Assembly: GCA_030390025.1 (NCBI GenBank)
Contig: CM059438.1
Coordinates: forward strand, 60,390,001 to 60,454,000
Direction of reading: 5' to 3'
DNA: 64,000 nt
Source of the DNA: Squalus acanthias
Lineage: Eukaryota
A program made the translations under genes and the position numbers. Positions 1-13,904 of the stretch are shown piece after piece; position 1 is the stretch's first letter, and each line of letters starts with the position of its first letter. The notes beneath the pieces were generated by a model, which saw only the letters and a list, made by a program, of their open reading frames with translations, made no database searches and was not told the origin of the DNA.

Positions 1-3000
1 CACTCCTACAACCAGTAGAATCACTCCTACACCCTACAACCAGTAGAATCGCTCCTACACCCAGTAGAATCGCTCCTACACCCTGCAGAATCTCTCCTAC
101 ACCCAGTAGAATCGCTCCTACACCCTGCAGAATCGCTCCGACACCCAGTAGAATCACTCCTACACCCAGTAGAATCACTCCTACACCCTACACCCAGTAG
201 AATCACTCCGACACCCTACAACCAGTAGAATCACTCCTACACCCTACAACCAGTAGAATCATTCCAACACCCTACAACCAGTAGAATCACTCCTACACTC
301 TACAACCAGTAGAATCACTCGTACACTCGACAACCAGGCGAATCACTCCTACATCCTACAACCAGTAGAATCACTGCTACACCCTACACCCAGTAGAATC
401 ATTCCTACACCCTACAACCAGTAGAATCACTCCTACACTCGACAACCAGTAGAATCACTCCTACACCCTACAACCAGTAGAATCACTCCTACACCCTACA
501 ACCAGTAGAATCACTCCTACACTCGACAACCAGGAGAATCACTCCTACACAATACAACCAGCAGAATCACTCCTACACCCTACAACCAGCAGAATCACTC
601 CTACACTCGACAACCAGTAGAATCACTCCTACACCCTACAACCAGTAGAATCACTCCTACACCCTACAACCAGTAGAATCACTCCTACACTCGACAACCA
701 GGAGAATCACTCCTACACCCTACAACCAGCAGAATCACTCCTACACCCTACAATCAGTAGAATCACTCCTACACCCTACAACCAGTAGAATCACTCCTAC
801 ACCCTACAACCAGTAGAATCACTCCTACATCCTACAACCAGTAGAATAACTCCTACACCCTACAACCAGTAGAATCACTCCTGCACTCGACACCAGTAGA
901 ATCACTCCTACACCCGACAACCAGTAGAATCACTCCTACACTCGACATCCAGTAGAAACACTCCAACACCATAGAACCAGTAGAATCGCTCCTACACCCT
1001 GCAGAATCGCTCCTACAACCAGTAGAATCGCTCCTAGACCCAGTAGAATCGCTCCTACACCCTGCAGAATCACTCCTACACCCTGCAGAATCATCCCTAC
1101 ACCCTACAACCAGTAGAAACACTCCTACACTCGACAACCAGCAGAATCACTCCTACACCCTGCAGAATCACTCCTACACCCAGTAGAATCGCTCCTACAC
1201 CCTGCAGAATCGCTCCTACACCCTGCAGAATCTCTCCTACACCCAGTAGAATCGCTCCTACACCCTGCAGAATCTCTCCTACACCCAGTAGAATCATTCC
1301 TACACCCTGCAGAATCGCTCCTACACCCAGTAGAATCATTCCTACACCCTGCAGAATCACTCCTACACCCAGTAGAATCATCCCTACAACCTGCAGAATC
1401 ACTCCTACACCCTACAACCAGTAGAATCACTCCTACACTCTACAACCAGTAGAATCACTCCTACACCCTACAACCAGTAGAATCACTCCTACACTCTACA
1501 ACCAGTAGAATCACTCCTGCACTCGACAACCAGTAGAATCACTCCTACACCCGACAACCAGTAGAATCACTCCTACACTCGACAACCAGTAGAATCACTC
1601 CTACACCCTACACCAGTAGAATCACTCCTACATCCGACAACCAGTAGAAACACTCCTACACCCTACAAACAGTAGAATCACTCCTACACCCGACAACCAG
1701 TAGAATCGCTCCTACACCCTGCAGAATCTGTCCTACACCCTGCAGAATCACTCTTACACCCAGTAGAATCATTCCTACACCCAGTAGAATCGCTCCTACA
1801 CCCAGTAGAATCGCTCCTACACCCTGCAGAATCGCTCCTACACCCAGTAGAATCACTCCTACAACCAGTAGAATCACTCCTACACCCTACAACCAGTAGA
1901 ATCGCTCCTACACCCAGTAGAAATCTCCTACACCCTGCAGAATCTCTCCTACACCCAGTAGAATCGCTCCTACACCCTGCAGAATCGCTCCTACACCCAG
2001 TAGAATCACTCCTACACCCAGTAGAATCACTCCTACACCCTACACCCAGTAGAATCACTCCGACACCCTACAACCAGTAGAATCACTCCTACACCCTACA
2101 ACCAGTAGAATCATTCCAACACCCTACAACCAGTAGAATCACTCCTACACTCTACAACCAGTAGAATCACTCGTACACTCGACAACCAGGCGAATCACTC
2201 CTACATCCTACAACCAGTAGAATCACTGCTACACCCTACACCCAGTAGAATCATTCCTACACCCTACAACCAGTAGAATCACTCCTACACTCGACAACCA
2301 GTAGAATCACTCCTACACCCTACAACCAGTAGAATCACTCCTACACCCTACAACCAGTAGAATCACTCCTACACTCGACAACCAGGAGAATCACTCCTAC
2401 ACAATACAACCAGCAGAATCACTCCTACACCCTACAACCAGCAGAATCACTCCTACACTCGACAACCAGTAGAATCACTCCTACACCCTACAACCAGTAG
2501 AATCACTCCTACACCCTACAACCAGTAGAATCACTCCTACACTCGACAACCAGGAGAATCACTCCTACACCCTACAACCAGCAGAATCACTCCTACACCC
2601 TACAATCAGTAGAATCACTCCTACACCCTACAACCAGTAGAATCACTCCTACACCCTACAACCAGTAGAATCACTCCTACATCCTACAACCAGTAGAATA
2701 ACTCCTACACACTACAACCAGTAGAATCACTCCTGCACTCGACACCAGTAGAATCACTCCTACACCCGACAACCAGTAGAATCACTCCTACACTCGACAT
2801 CCAGTAGAAACACTCCAACACCATAGAACCAGTAGAATCGCTCCTACACCCTGCAGAATCGCTCCTACAACCAGTAGAATCGCTCCTAGACCCAGTAGAA
2901 TCGCTCCTACACCCTGCAGAATCACTCCTACACCCTGCAGAATCATCCCTACACCCTACAACCAGTAGAAACACTCCTACACTCGACAACCAGCAGAATC

Positions 3001-6000
3001 ACTCCTACACCCTGCAGAATCACTCCTACACCCAGTAGAATCATCCCTACAACCAGTAGAATCACTCCTACACCCAGTAGAATCGCTCCTACACCCTGCA
3101 GAATCACTCTTACACCCAGTAGAATCATTCCTACACCCTGCAGAATCGCTCCTACACCCTGCAGAATCACTCCTACACCCAGTAGAATCGCTCCTACAAC
3201 CAGTAGAATCACTCCTACACCCTACAACCAGTAGAATCACTCCTACACCCTACAACCAGTAGAATCATTCCTGCACCCAGTAGAATCACTCCTACACCCT
3301 ACAACCAGTAGAATCATTCCTGCACCCAGTAGAATTGCTCCTACACCCTACAACCAGTAGAATCAATCCTACACCCTACAACCAGTAGAATCACTCCTGA
3401 ACCCTGCAGAATCACTCCTACACCCTGCAGAATCACTCCTACAACCAGTAGAATCGCTCCTACAACCAGTAGAATCGCTCCTACAGCCAGTAGAATCACT
3501 CCTACACCCTGTAGAATCACTCTACACCCTGTAGAATCAGTCCTACAACCAGTAGAATCGCTCCTACACCCTGCAGAATCACTCCTACACCCAGTAGAAT
3601 CACTCCTACACCCTGCAGAATCGCTCCTACACCCAGTAGAATCACTCCTACAACCAGTAGAATCACTCCTACAACCAGTAGAATCATTCCAGCACCCTGC
3701 AGAATAGCTCCTGCACCCTACAACCAGCAGAATCGCTCCTACACCCTGCAGAATCACTCCTAACCCAGTAGAATCATTCCTACACCCTGCAGAATCACTC
3801 CTGCACCCTACAACCAGTAGAATCACTCCTACACCCGACAACCAGTAGAATCACTCCTACACCCTACAACCAGTAGAATCACTCCTGCACCCTACAACCA
3901 GTAGAATCACTCCTACACCCTGCAGAATCGCTCCTACAACCAGTAGAATCACTCCTACAACCAGTAGAATCACTCCTACAACCAGTAGAATCACTCCTAC
4001 ACCCTGTAGAATCACTCCTACACCCAGTAGAATCACTCCGACACCCAGTAGAACCACTCCGACACCCAGTAGAATCACTCCGACACCCAGTAGAATCACT
4101 CCTACAACCAGTAGAATCACTCCTACAGCCAGTAGAATCGCTCCTACACCCTGTAGAATCACTCCTACACCTTGTAGAATCACTCCTACCTTCTACAACC
4201 AGTAGAAACACTCCTACACTCGACAACCAGTAGAATCACTCCTACACCCTACAACCAGTAGAAACACTCCTACACCCTACAACCAGTAGAATCACTCCTA
4301 CACCCTACAACCAGTAGAATCACTCCTACACCCTGCAGAATCACTCCTACACCCAGTAGAATCGCTCCTACACCCTGCAGAATCACTCCTACAACCAGTA
4401 GAATCACTCCTACACCCAGTAGAATCACTCCGACACCCAGTAGAATCACTCCGACACCCAGTAGAATCACTCCGACACCCAGTAGAATCACTCCGACACC
4501 CAGTAGAATCACTCCTACACCCAGTAGAATCACTCCGACACCCAGTAGAATCACTCCGACACCCAGTAGAATCACTCCTACACCCAGTAGAATCACTCCT
4601 ACACCCAGTAGAATCATTCCTACAACCCAGTAGAATCATTCCTACACCCTGCAGGAATCACTCCTACACCCTACAACCAGTAGAATCACTTCCGACACCC
4701 GACAACCAGTAGAATCACTCCTACACCCTGCAGAATCACTCCTACACCCAGTAGAATCGCTCCTACAACCAGTAGAATCACTCCTACACCCGACAAACAG
4801 TAGAATCACTCCTGCACTCTACACCCAGTAGAATCGCTCCTACAACCAATAGAATCACTCCTACACTCTACAACCAAGTAGAATCACTCCTACACCCTAC
4901 AACCAGCAGAAACGCTCCTACACCTGCAGAATCGCTCCTACACCCAGCAGAATCGCTCCTACACCCAGTAGAATCGCTCCTACACCCTGCAGAATCGCTC
5001 CTACACCCAGCACAATCGCGTCCTACACCCTGCAGAATCGCTCCTACACCCAGCAGAATCGCTCCTACACCCAGCAGAATCGCTCCTACACCCAGCAGAA
5101 TCGCTCCTACACCCTGCAGAATCGCTCCTACACCCTGCAGAATCGCTCCTACAACCAGCAGAAACGCTCCTACACCCTGCAGAATCGCTCCTACACCCAG
5201 CAGAATCGCTCCTACACCCAGTAGAATCGCTCCTACACCCTGCAGAATCGCTCCTACACCCAGCACAATCGCTCCTACACCCTGCAGATCGCTCCTACAC
5301 CCAGCAGAATCGCTCTACACCCAGCAGAATCGCTCTACACCCAGCAGAATCGCTCCTACACCCTGCAGAATCGCTCCTACAACCAGCAGAATCGCTCCTA
5401 CACCCAGTAGAGTCGCTCCTACACCCAGTAGAATCACTCCTACAACCAGTAGAATCACTCCTACAACCAGTAGAATCGCTCCTACACCCAGTAGAATCAC
5501 TCCTGCACCCTACAACCAGTTGAATCACTCCTGCACCTAGTAGAAACACTCCTACACTCTACAACCAGTAGAATCATTCCTACACCCTACAACCAGTAGA
5601 ATCACTCCTGCACCCTACAACCAGTAGAAACACTCCTACACCCTACAACCAGTAGAATCACTCCTACACCCTACAACCAGTAGAATCACTCCTACACCCT
5701 ACAACCAGTAGAATCACTCCTACACCCTACAACCAGTAGAATCACTCCTACACCCTACAACCAGTAGAATCACTCCTACACCCTACAACCAGTAGAATCA
5801 CTCCTTATACCCTACAACCAGTAGAATCACTCCTACACTCGACAACCAGTAGAAACACTCCTACACCCTACAACCAGTAGAATCACTCCTACACCCTACA
5901 ACCAGTAGAAACACTCCTGCACTCGACAACCAGTAGAATCACTCCTACACCCTACAACCAGTAGAATCACTCCTGCACTCGACAACCTATAGAATCACTC

Positions 6001-9000
6001 CTACACTCTACAACCAGTAGAAACACTCCGACACCCTACCCCCAGTAGAATCGCTCCTACACCCTGCAGAATCGCTCCTACACCCAGTAGAATCATTCCT
6101 ACACCCTGCAGAATCGCTCCTACACCCAGTAGAATCATTCCTACACCCTGCAGAATCACTCCTACACCCAGTAGAATCATCCCTACAACCAGTAGAATCA
6201 CTCCTACACCCTACAACCAGTAGAATCACTCCTACACTCTACAACCAGTAGAATCACTCCTACACCCTACAACCAGTAGAATCACTCCTGCACTCGACAA
6301 CCAGTAGAATCACTCCTACACCCGACAACCAGTAGAATCACTCCTACACTCGACAACCAGTAGAATCACTCCTACACCCTACACCAGTAGAATCACTCCT
6401 ACATCCGACAACCAGTAGAAACACTCCTACACCCTACAAACAGTAGAATCACTCCTACACCCGACAACCAGTAGAATCGCTCCTACACCCTGCAGAATCA
6501 CTCTTACACCCAGTAGAATCATTCCTACACCCAGTAGAATCGCTCCTACACCTGCAGAATCGCTCCTACACCCAGTAGAATCACTCCTACAACCAGTAGA
6601 ATCACTCCTACACCCTACAACCAGTAGAATCGCTCCTACACCCAGTAGAATCGCTCCTACACCCTGCAGAATCTCTCCTACACCCAGTAGAATCGCTCCT
6701 ACACCCTGCAGAATCGCTCCGACACCCAGTAGAATCACTCCTACACCCAGTAGAATCACTCCTACACCCTACACCCAGTAGAATCACTCCGACACCCTAC
6801 AACCAGTAGAATCACTCCTACACCCTACAACCAGTAGAATCATTCCAACACCCTACAACCAGTAGAATCACTCCTACACTCTACAACCAGTAGAATCACT
6901 CGTACACTCGACAACCAGGCGAATCACTCCTACATCCTACAACCAGTAGAATCACTGCTACACCCTACACCCAGTAGAATCATTCCTACACCCTACAACC
7001 AGTAGAATCACTCCTACACTCGACAACCAGTAGAATCACTCCTACACCCTACAACCAGTAGAATCACTCCTACACCCTACAACCAGTAGAATCACTCCTA
7101 CACTCGACAACCAGGAGAATCACTCCTACACAATACAACCAGCAGAATCACTCCTACACCCTACAACCAGCAGAATCACTCCTACACTCGACAACCAGTA
7201 GAATCACTCCTACACCCTACAACCAGTAGAATCACTCCTACACCCTACAACCAGTAGAATCACTCCTACACTCGACAACCAGGAGAATCACTCCTACACC
7301 CTACAACCAGCAGAATCACTCCTACACCCTACAATCAGTAGAATCACTCCTACACCCTACAACCAGTAGAATCACTCCTACACCCTACAACCAGTAGAAT
7401 CACTCCTACATCCTACAACCAGTAGAATAACTCCTACACCCTACAACCAGTAGAATCACTCCTGCACTCGACACCAGTAGAATCACTCCTACACCCGACA
7501 ACCAGTAGAATCACTCCTACACTCGACATCCAGTAGAAACACTCCAACACCATAGAACCAGTAGAATCGCTCCTACACCCTGCAGAATCGCTCCTACAAC
7601 CAGTAGAATCGCTCCTAGACCCAGTAGAATCGCTCCTACACCCTGCAGAATCACTCCTACACCCTGCAGAATCATCCCTACACCCTACAACCAGTAGAAA
7701 CACTCCTACACTCGACAACCAGCAGAATCACTCCTACACCCTGCAGAATCACTCCTACACCCAGTAGAATCGCTCCTACACCCTGCAGAATCGCTCCTAC
7801 ACCCTGCAGAATCTCTCCTACACCCAGTAGAATCGCTCCTACACCCTGCAGAATCTCTCCTACACCCAGTAGAATCATTCCTACACCCTGCAGAATCGCT
7901 CCTACACCCAGTAGAATCATTCCTACACCCTGCAGAATCACTCCTACACCCAGTAGAATCATCCCTACAACCTGCAGAATCACTCCTACACCCTACAACC
8001 AGTAGAATCACTCCTACACTCTACAACCAGTAGAATCACTCCTACACCCTACAACCAGTAGAATCACTCCTACACTCTACAACCAGTAGAATCACTCCTG
8101 CACTCGACAACCAGTAGAATCACTCCTACACCCGACAACCAGTAGAATCACTCCTACACTCGACAACCAGTAGAATCACTCCTACACCCTACACCAGTAG
8201 AATCACTCCTACATCCGACAACCAGTAGAAACACTCCTACACCCTACAAACAGTAGAATCACTCCTACACCCGACAACCAGTAGAATCGCTCCTACACCC
8301 TGCAGAATCTGTCCTACACCCTGCAGAATCACTCTTACACCCAGTAGAATCATTCCTACACCCAGTAGAATCGCTCCTACACCCAGTAGAATCGCTCCTA
8401 CACCCTGCAGAATCGCTCCTACACCCAGTAGAATCACTCCTACAACCAGTAGAATCACTCCTACACCCTACAACCAGTAGAATCGCTCCTACACCCAGTA
8501 GAAATCTCCTACACCCTGCAGAATCTCTCCTACACCCAGTAGAATCGCTCCTACACCCTGCAGAATCGCTCCTACACCCAGTAGAATCACTCCTACACCC
8601 AGTAGAATCACTCCTACACCCTACACCCAGTAGAATCACTCCGACACCCTACAACCAGTAGAATCACTCCTACACCCTACAACCAGTAGAATCATTCCAA
8701 CACCCTACAACCAGTAGAATCACTCCTACACTCTACAACCAGTAGAATCACTCGTACACTCGACAACCAGGCGAATCACTCCTACATCCTACAACCAGTA
8801 GAATCACTGCTACACCCTACACCCAGTAGAATCATTCCTACACCCTACAACCAGTAGAATCACTCCTACACTCGACAACCAGTAGAATCACTCCTACACC
8901 CTACAACCAGTAGAATCACTCCTACACCCTACAACCAGTAGAATCACTCCTACACTCGACAACCAGGAGAATCACTCCTACACAATACAACCAGCAGAAT

Positions 9001-12000
9001 CACTCCTACACCCTACAACCAGCAGAATCACTCCTACACTCGACAACCAGTAGAATCACTCCTACACCCTACAACCAGTAGAATCACTCCTACACCCTAC
9101 AACCAGTAGAATCACTCCTACACTCGACAACCAGGAGAATCACTCCTACACCCTACAACCAGCAGAATCACTCCTACACCCTACAATCAGTAGAATCACT
9201 CCTACACCCTACAACCAGTAGAATCACTCCTACACCCTACAACCAGTAGAATCACTCCTACATCCTACAACCAGTAGAATAACTCCTACACACTACAACC
9301 AGTAGAATCACTCCTGCACTCGACACCAGTAGAATCACTCCTACACCCGACAACCAGTAGAATCACTCCTACACTCGACATCCAGTAGAAACACTCCAAC
9401 ACCATAGAACCAGTAGAATCGCTCCTACACCCTGCAGAATCGCTCCTACAACCAGTAGAATCGCTCCTAGACCCAGTAGAATCGCTCCTACACCCTGCAG
9501 AATCACTCCTACACCCTGCAGAATCATCCCTACACCCTACAACCAGTAGAAACACTCCTACACTCGACAACCAGCAGAATCACTCCTACACCCTGCAGAA
9601 TCACTCCTACACCCAGTAGAATCACTCCTACAACCAGTAGAATCACTCCTACAACCAGTAGAATCGCTCCTACACCCTGCAGAATCACTCCTACACCCAG
9701 TAGAATCACTCCTACACCCTGCAGAATCGCTCCTACACCCTGCAGAATCACTCCTACACCCAGTAGAATCGCTCCTACAACCAGTAGAATCACTCCTACA
9801 CCCTACAACCAGTAGAATCACTCCTACACCCTACAACCAGTAGAATCATTCCTGCACCCAGTAGAATCACTCCTACACCCTACAACCAGTAGAATCATTC
9901 CTGCACCCAGTAGAATTGCTCCTACACCCTACAACCAGTAGAATCAATCCTACACCCTACAACCAGTAGAATCACTCCTGAACCCTGCAGAATCACTCCT
10001 ACACCCTGCAGAATCACTCCTACAACCAGTAGAATCGCTCCTACAACCAGTAGAATCGCTCCTACAGCCAGTAGAATCACTCCTACACCCTGTAGAATCA
10101 CTCTACACCCTGTAGAATCAGTCCTACAACCAGTAGAATCGCTCCTACACCCTGCAGAATCACTCCTACACCCAGTAGAATCACTCCTGCACCCTGCAGA
10201 ATCGCTCCTACACCCAGTAGAATCACTCCTACAACCAGTAGAATCACTCCTACAACCAGTAGAATCATTCCAGCACCCTGCAGAATAGCTCCTGCACCCT
10301 ACAACCAGCAGAATCGCTCCTACACCCTGCAGAATCACTCCTAACCCAGTAGAATCATTCCTACACCCTGCAGAATCACTCCTGCACCCTACAACCAGTA
10401 GAATCACTCCTACACCCGACAACCAGTAGAATCACTCCTACACCCTACAACCAGTAGAATCACTCCTACACCCTACAACCAGTAGAATCACTCCTACACC
10501 CTGCAGAATCGCTCCTACAACCAGTAGAATCACTCCTACAACCAGTAGAATCACTCCTACAACCAGTAGAATCACTCCTACACCCTGTAGAATCACTCCT
10601 ACACCCAGTAGAATCACTCCGACACCCAGTAGAATCACTCCGACACCCAGTAGAATCACTCCGACACCCAGTAGAATCACTCCTACAACCAGTAGAATCA
10701 CTCCTACAGCCAGTAGAATCGCTCCTACACCCTGTAGAATCACTCCTACACCTTGTAGAATCACTCCTACCTTCTACAACCAGTAGAAACACTCCTACAC
10801 TCGACAACCAGTAGAATCACTCCTACACCCTACAACCAGTAGAAACACTCCTACACCCTACAACCAGTAGAATCACTCCTACACCCTACAACCAGTAGAA
10901 TCACTCCTACACCCTGCAGAATCACTCCTACACCCAGTAGAATCGCTCCTACACCCTGCAGAATCACTCCTACAACCAGTAGAATCACTCCTACACCCAG
11001 TAGAATCACTCCGACACCCAGTAGAATCACTCCGACACCCAGTAGAATCACTCCGACACCCAGTAGAATCACTCCGACACCCAGTAGAATCACTCCTACA
11101 CCCAGTAGAATCACTCCGACACCCAGTAGAATCACTCCGACACCCAGTAGAATCACTCCTACACCCAGTAGAATCACTCCTACACCCAGTAGAATCATTC
11201 CTACACCCAGTAGAATCATTCCTACACCCTGCAGAATCACTCCTACACCCTACAACCAGTAGAATCACTCCGACACCCGACAACCAGTAGAATCACTCCT
11301 ACACCCAGCAGAATCACTCCTACACCCAGTAGAATCGCTCCTACACCCAGTAGAATCACTCCTACACCCGACAAACAGTAGAATCACTCCTGCACTCTAC
11401 ACCCAGTAGAATCGCTCCTACAACCAGTAGAATCACTCCTACACTCTACAACCAGTAGAATCACTCCTACACCCTACAACCAGCAGAAACGCTCCTACAC
11501 CCTGCAGAATCGCTCCTACACCCAGCAGAATCGCTCCTACACCCAGTAGAATCGCTCCTACACCCTGCAGAATCGCTCCTACACCCAGCACAATCGCTCC
11601 TACACCCTGCAGAATCGCTCCTACACCCAGCAGAATCGCTCCTACACCCAGCAGAATCGCTCCTACACCCAGCAGAATCGCTCCTACACCCTGCAGAATC
11701 GCTCCTACACCCTGCAGAATCGCTCCTACAACCAGCAGAAACGCTCCTACACCCTGCAGAATCGCTCCTACACCCAGCAGAATCGCTCCTACACCCAGTA
11801 GAATCGCTCCTACACCCTGCAGAATCGCTCCTACACCCAGCACAATCGCTCCTACACCCTGCAGAATCGCTCCTACACCCAGCAGAATCGCTCCTACACC
11901 CAGCAGAATCGCTCCTACACCCAGCAGAATCGCTCCTACACCCTGCAGAATCGCTCCTACAACCAGCAGAATCGCTCCTACACCCAGTAGAGTCGCTCCT

Positions 12001-12345
12001 ACACCCAGTAGAATCACTCCTACAACCAGTAGAATCACTCCTACAACCAGTAGAATCGCTCCTACACCCAGTAGAATCACTCCTGCACCCTACAACCAGT
12101 TGAATCACTCCTGCACCTAGTAGAAACACTCCTACACTCTACAACCAGTAGAATCATTCCTACACCCTACAACCAGTAGAATCACTCCTGCACCCTACAA
12201 CCAGTAGAAACACTCCTACACCCTACAACCAGTAGAATCACTCCTACACCCTACAACCAGTAGAATCATTCCTACACCCTACAACCAGTAGAATCACTCC
12301 TACACTCTACAACCAGTAAAATCACTCCTACACCCTACAACCAGT
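1..12345. repeat. Large tandem (minisatellite/satellite) array of 21-bp (CACTCCTACAACCAGTAGAAT-like) and 28-bp (CACTCCTACACCCTACAACCAGTAGAAT) units with 1852-bp and 6581-bp higher-order periods; runs off the left edge of the window
   Basis: Continuous repeats are visible directly. The rare variant CAACCAGGCG occurs at 331, 2183, 6912 and 8764 (spacings 1852 and 6581). Identical ORF-track peptides recur at +6581 (853/7434, 1097/7678, 3341/9922). Confidence 0.98.
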
Positions 12346-12865
12346 GGTGATATATGTCCAAGTCAGGATGGTGTGTGACTTGGAGGAGAACTTGCAGGTG
12401 GTGGTGTTCCCATGCACCTGTTGCCCTTGTCCTTCTAGGTGGCAGAGCTTGTGGGTTTGGGAGGAGCTGCCAAAGAAGCCTTGGTGAGTTGCTGCAGTGC
12501 TTCCTGTTGATAGGACACACTGCAGCCACGGTACACCGCTATTGGAGGGAGTGGATGTTTAAAGTGGTGGATGGGCTGCCGATCAAGCAGACTGCTTTGC
12601 CCTGGATGGTGTTAAGCTTCTTGAGTGTTGGAGCTGCACCAATCCAGGCAAGTGGAGAGTATTCCATCACACTCCTGACTTATGCTTTGTAGGTGGGAGA
12701 GAGACTTTGGGGTGTTAGGTGAGCCACTCGCTGCTCTTGTAGCCACGGCATTTATGTGGTCTGGTCTAGTTGAGTTTCTGGTCAATGGTGACCGCCAGGA
12801 TGTTGATGGTGGGGGACTTGCCGATGCCATTGAATGTCAAGGGGAGGTGGTTAGAGACTCGCTCT
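12346..12865 (-). mobile_element. Fragment of a non-LTR retrotransposon (CR1/L2-group family; same family as 60410-62735)
   Basis: Reverse complement matches 61960-62550. Shared antisense peptides in the ORF track: WREWMFKVVDGLPIKQTAL vs WREWMLKLMDRVPIKQTAL. Confidence 0.8.
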
Positions 12866-12920
12866 AGTAAAGACCCGGTGATGGAATTCTGCTTCTTCAT
12901 CAGTTCTGCATCCTTGTTCT

Positions 12921-13540
12921 GTCTCCGCCCCTGCCTCAGGTCATCTGCTGCTGAAACTCTCATCCGTGCCTTTGGTACCTCCAGACTTGACTATTCCAAC
13001 GCTCTCTTGTCCAGCCTCCCACCTTCCACCCTCCATAAACTTGAGCTCATCCAAAACTCTGCTGCCCGTGTCCTAACTCGCACCAAGTCCCATTCACCAA
13101 TCACCCCTGTGCTTGCTGACCAACAGTGGCTCCTGGTTAAGCAGCGCCTCGATTAAAAAAATTCTCATCCTTGTTTTCAAATCCCTCCATGGCCTCACCC
13201 CTCCCTATCTCTGTAACCTCTTTCACCCCCACAACCCTCCGAGATATCTGCGCTCCTCCAATTCTGGCCTCTTGTGCATCCCTGATTTTCATCGTTCCAC
13301 CACTGGTGGTGTGCCTTCAGCTGCCTAGGCCCTAAGCTGTGGAATTTCCTTCCTAAACCTCTCCACTCCTCTCTCCTTTTAAGACACGCCTTAAAACCTA
13401 CTTATTTGACCAAGCTTTTGGTCACCTGACCTAATATCTCATGTGGCTCGGTGTCAAATTTTGTCTGATAACGCTCCTGTGACGCACCTTAGGACATTTT
13501 ACTATGTTAAAGACGCTATATAAATGCAGGTTGTTGTTGT
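12921..13540 (+). mobile_element. L2 LINE 3' fragment ending in AAATGCAGG(TTG)n tail
   Basis: Encodes the L2 ORF2 C-terminal motif TSRLDYSNALL...LIQNSAARVLTRTK. Nearly the same sequence lies on the minus strand at 24280-24920. Has the (TTG)n tail. Confidence 0.92.
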
Positions 13541-13547
13541 CTGACAG

Positions 13548-13730
13548 GTTAATATAACGCTGGATAAGGAAGTTGCTGGAATTTGGGTGAGAATTCCGTG
13601 TGTTGATGAAATCGGAAGTTGCGTTTACGACGATGTCTGTCAGCTGCTGGACGAGGTGATCCCACCTGGACAAAACTGCCCGGAACCGTTGTTTACGTAC
13701 GGACTCCCTTGTCACTGTCCTTTCAAAGCG
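13548..13730 (+). CDS. GM2A: GM2 ganglioside activator protein (ML domain), penultimate coding exon (183 nt): [25 protein letters not shown]...[11 protein letters not shown]
   Basis: CTGACAG acceptor, GTAAGG donor, phase 0/0. Peptide matches recalled GM2A motifs EKEVAGxWxKIPC, IGSC and [17 protein letters not shown], with six cysteines. Confidence 0.95.
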
Positions 13731-13904
13731 GTAAGGCGTTCTTCAGTCTACCACACGCAAAGTAACAGCGCACGCCATAATATAAGTCCTGGGATCAGCC
13801 GTATGTATACGGGAACTGCGATCATTTATACGGCTGCTGTTGCTACATTGTCTGAGGGATTCGAAAAATGAATCCCCGATTTCACCATCACCTGACTCCT
13901 GCCC

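Noticed and set aside
853..12129. Many minus-strand ORFs encoding CRSDSTG or VGVILLG heptad repeats
   Set aside because: By-product of a 21-bp unit with stop-free frames. 28-bp units and indels break frame freely, starts are mostly non-ATG, and there is no gene context.
1..12345. Possible CRISPR array or telomeric repeat
   Set aside because: No unique spacers, no cas genes, eukaryotic context. The unit is not (CCCTAA)n despite the C/A-rich strand.
12330..12360. Idea that the array monomer derives from the adjacent LINE 3' end
   Set aside because: No convincing match of the monomer to the LINE 3' sequence at 62550-62700 on either strand beyond a few bases.
13731..13871. ORF-track extension of the GM2A exon ([10 protein letters not shown]...)
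   Set aside because: Read-through past a canonical GTAAGG donor. Homology continues at 17139 instead.
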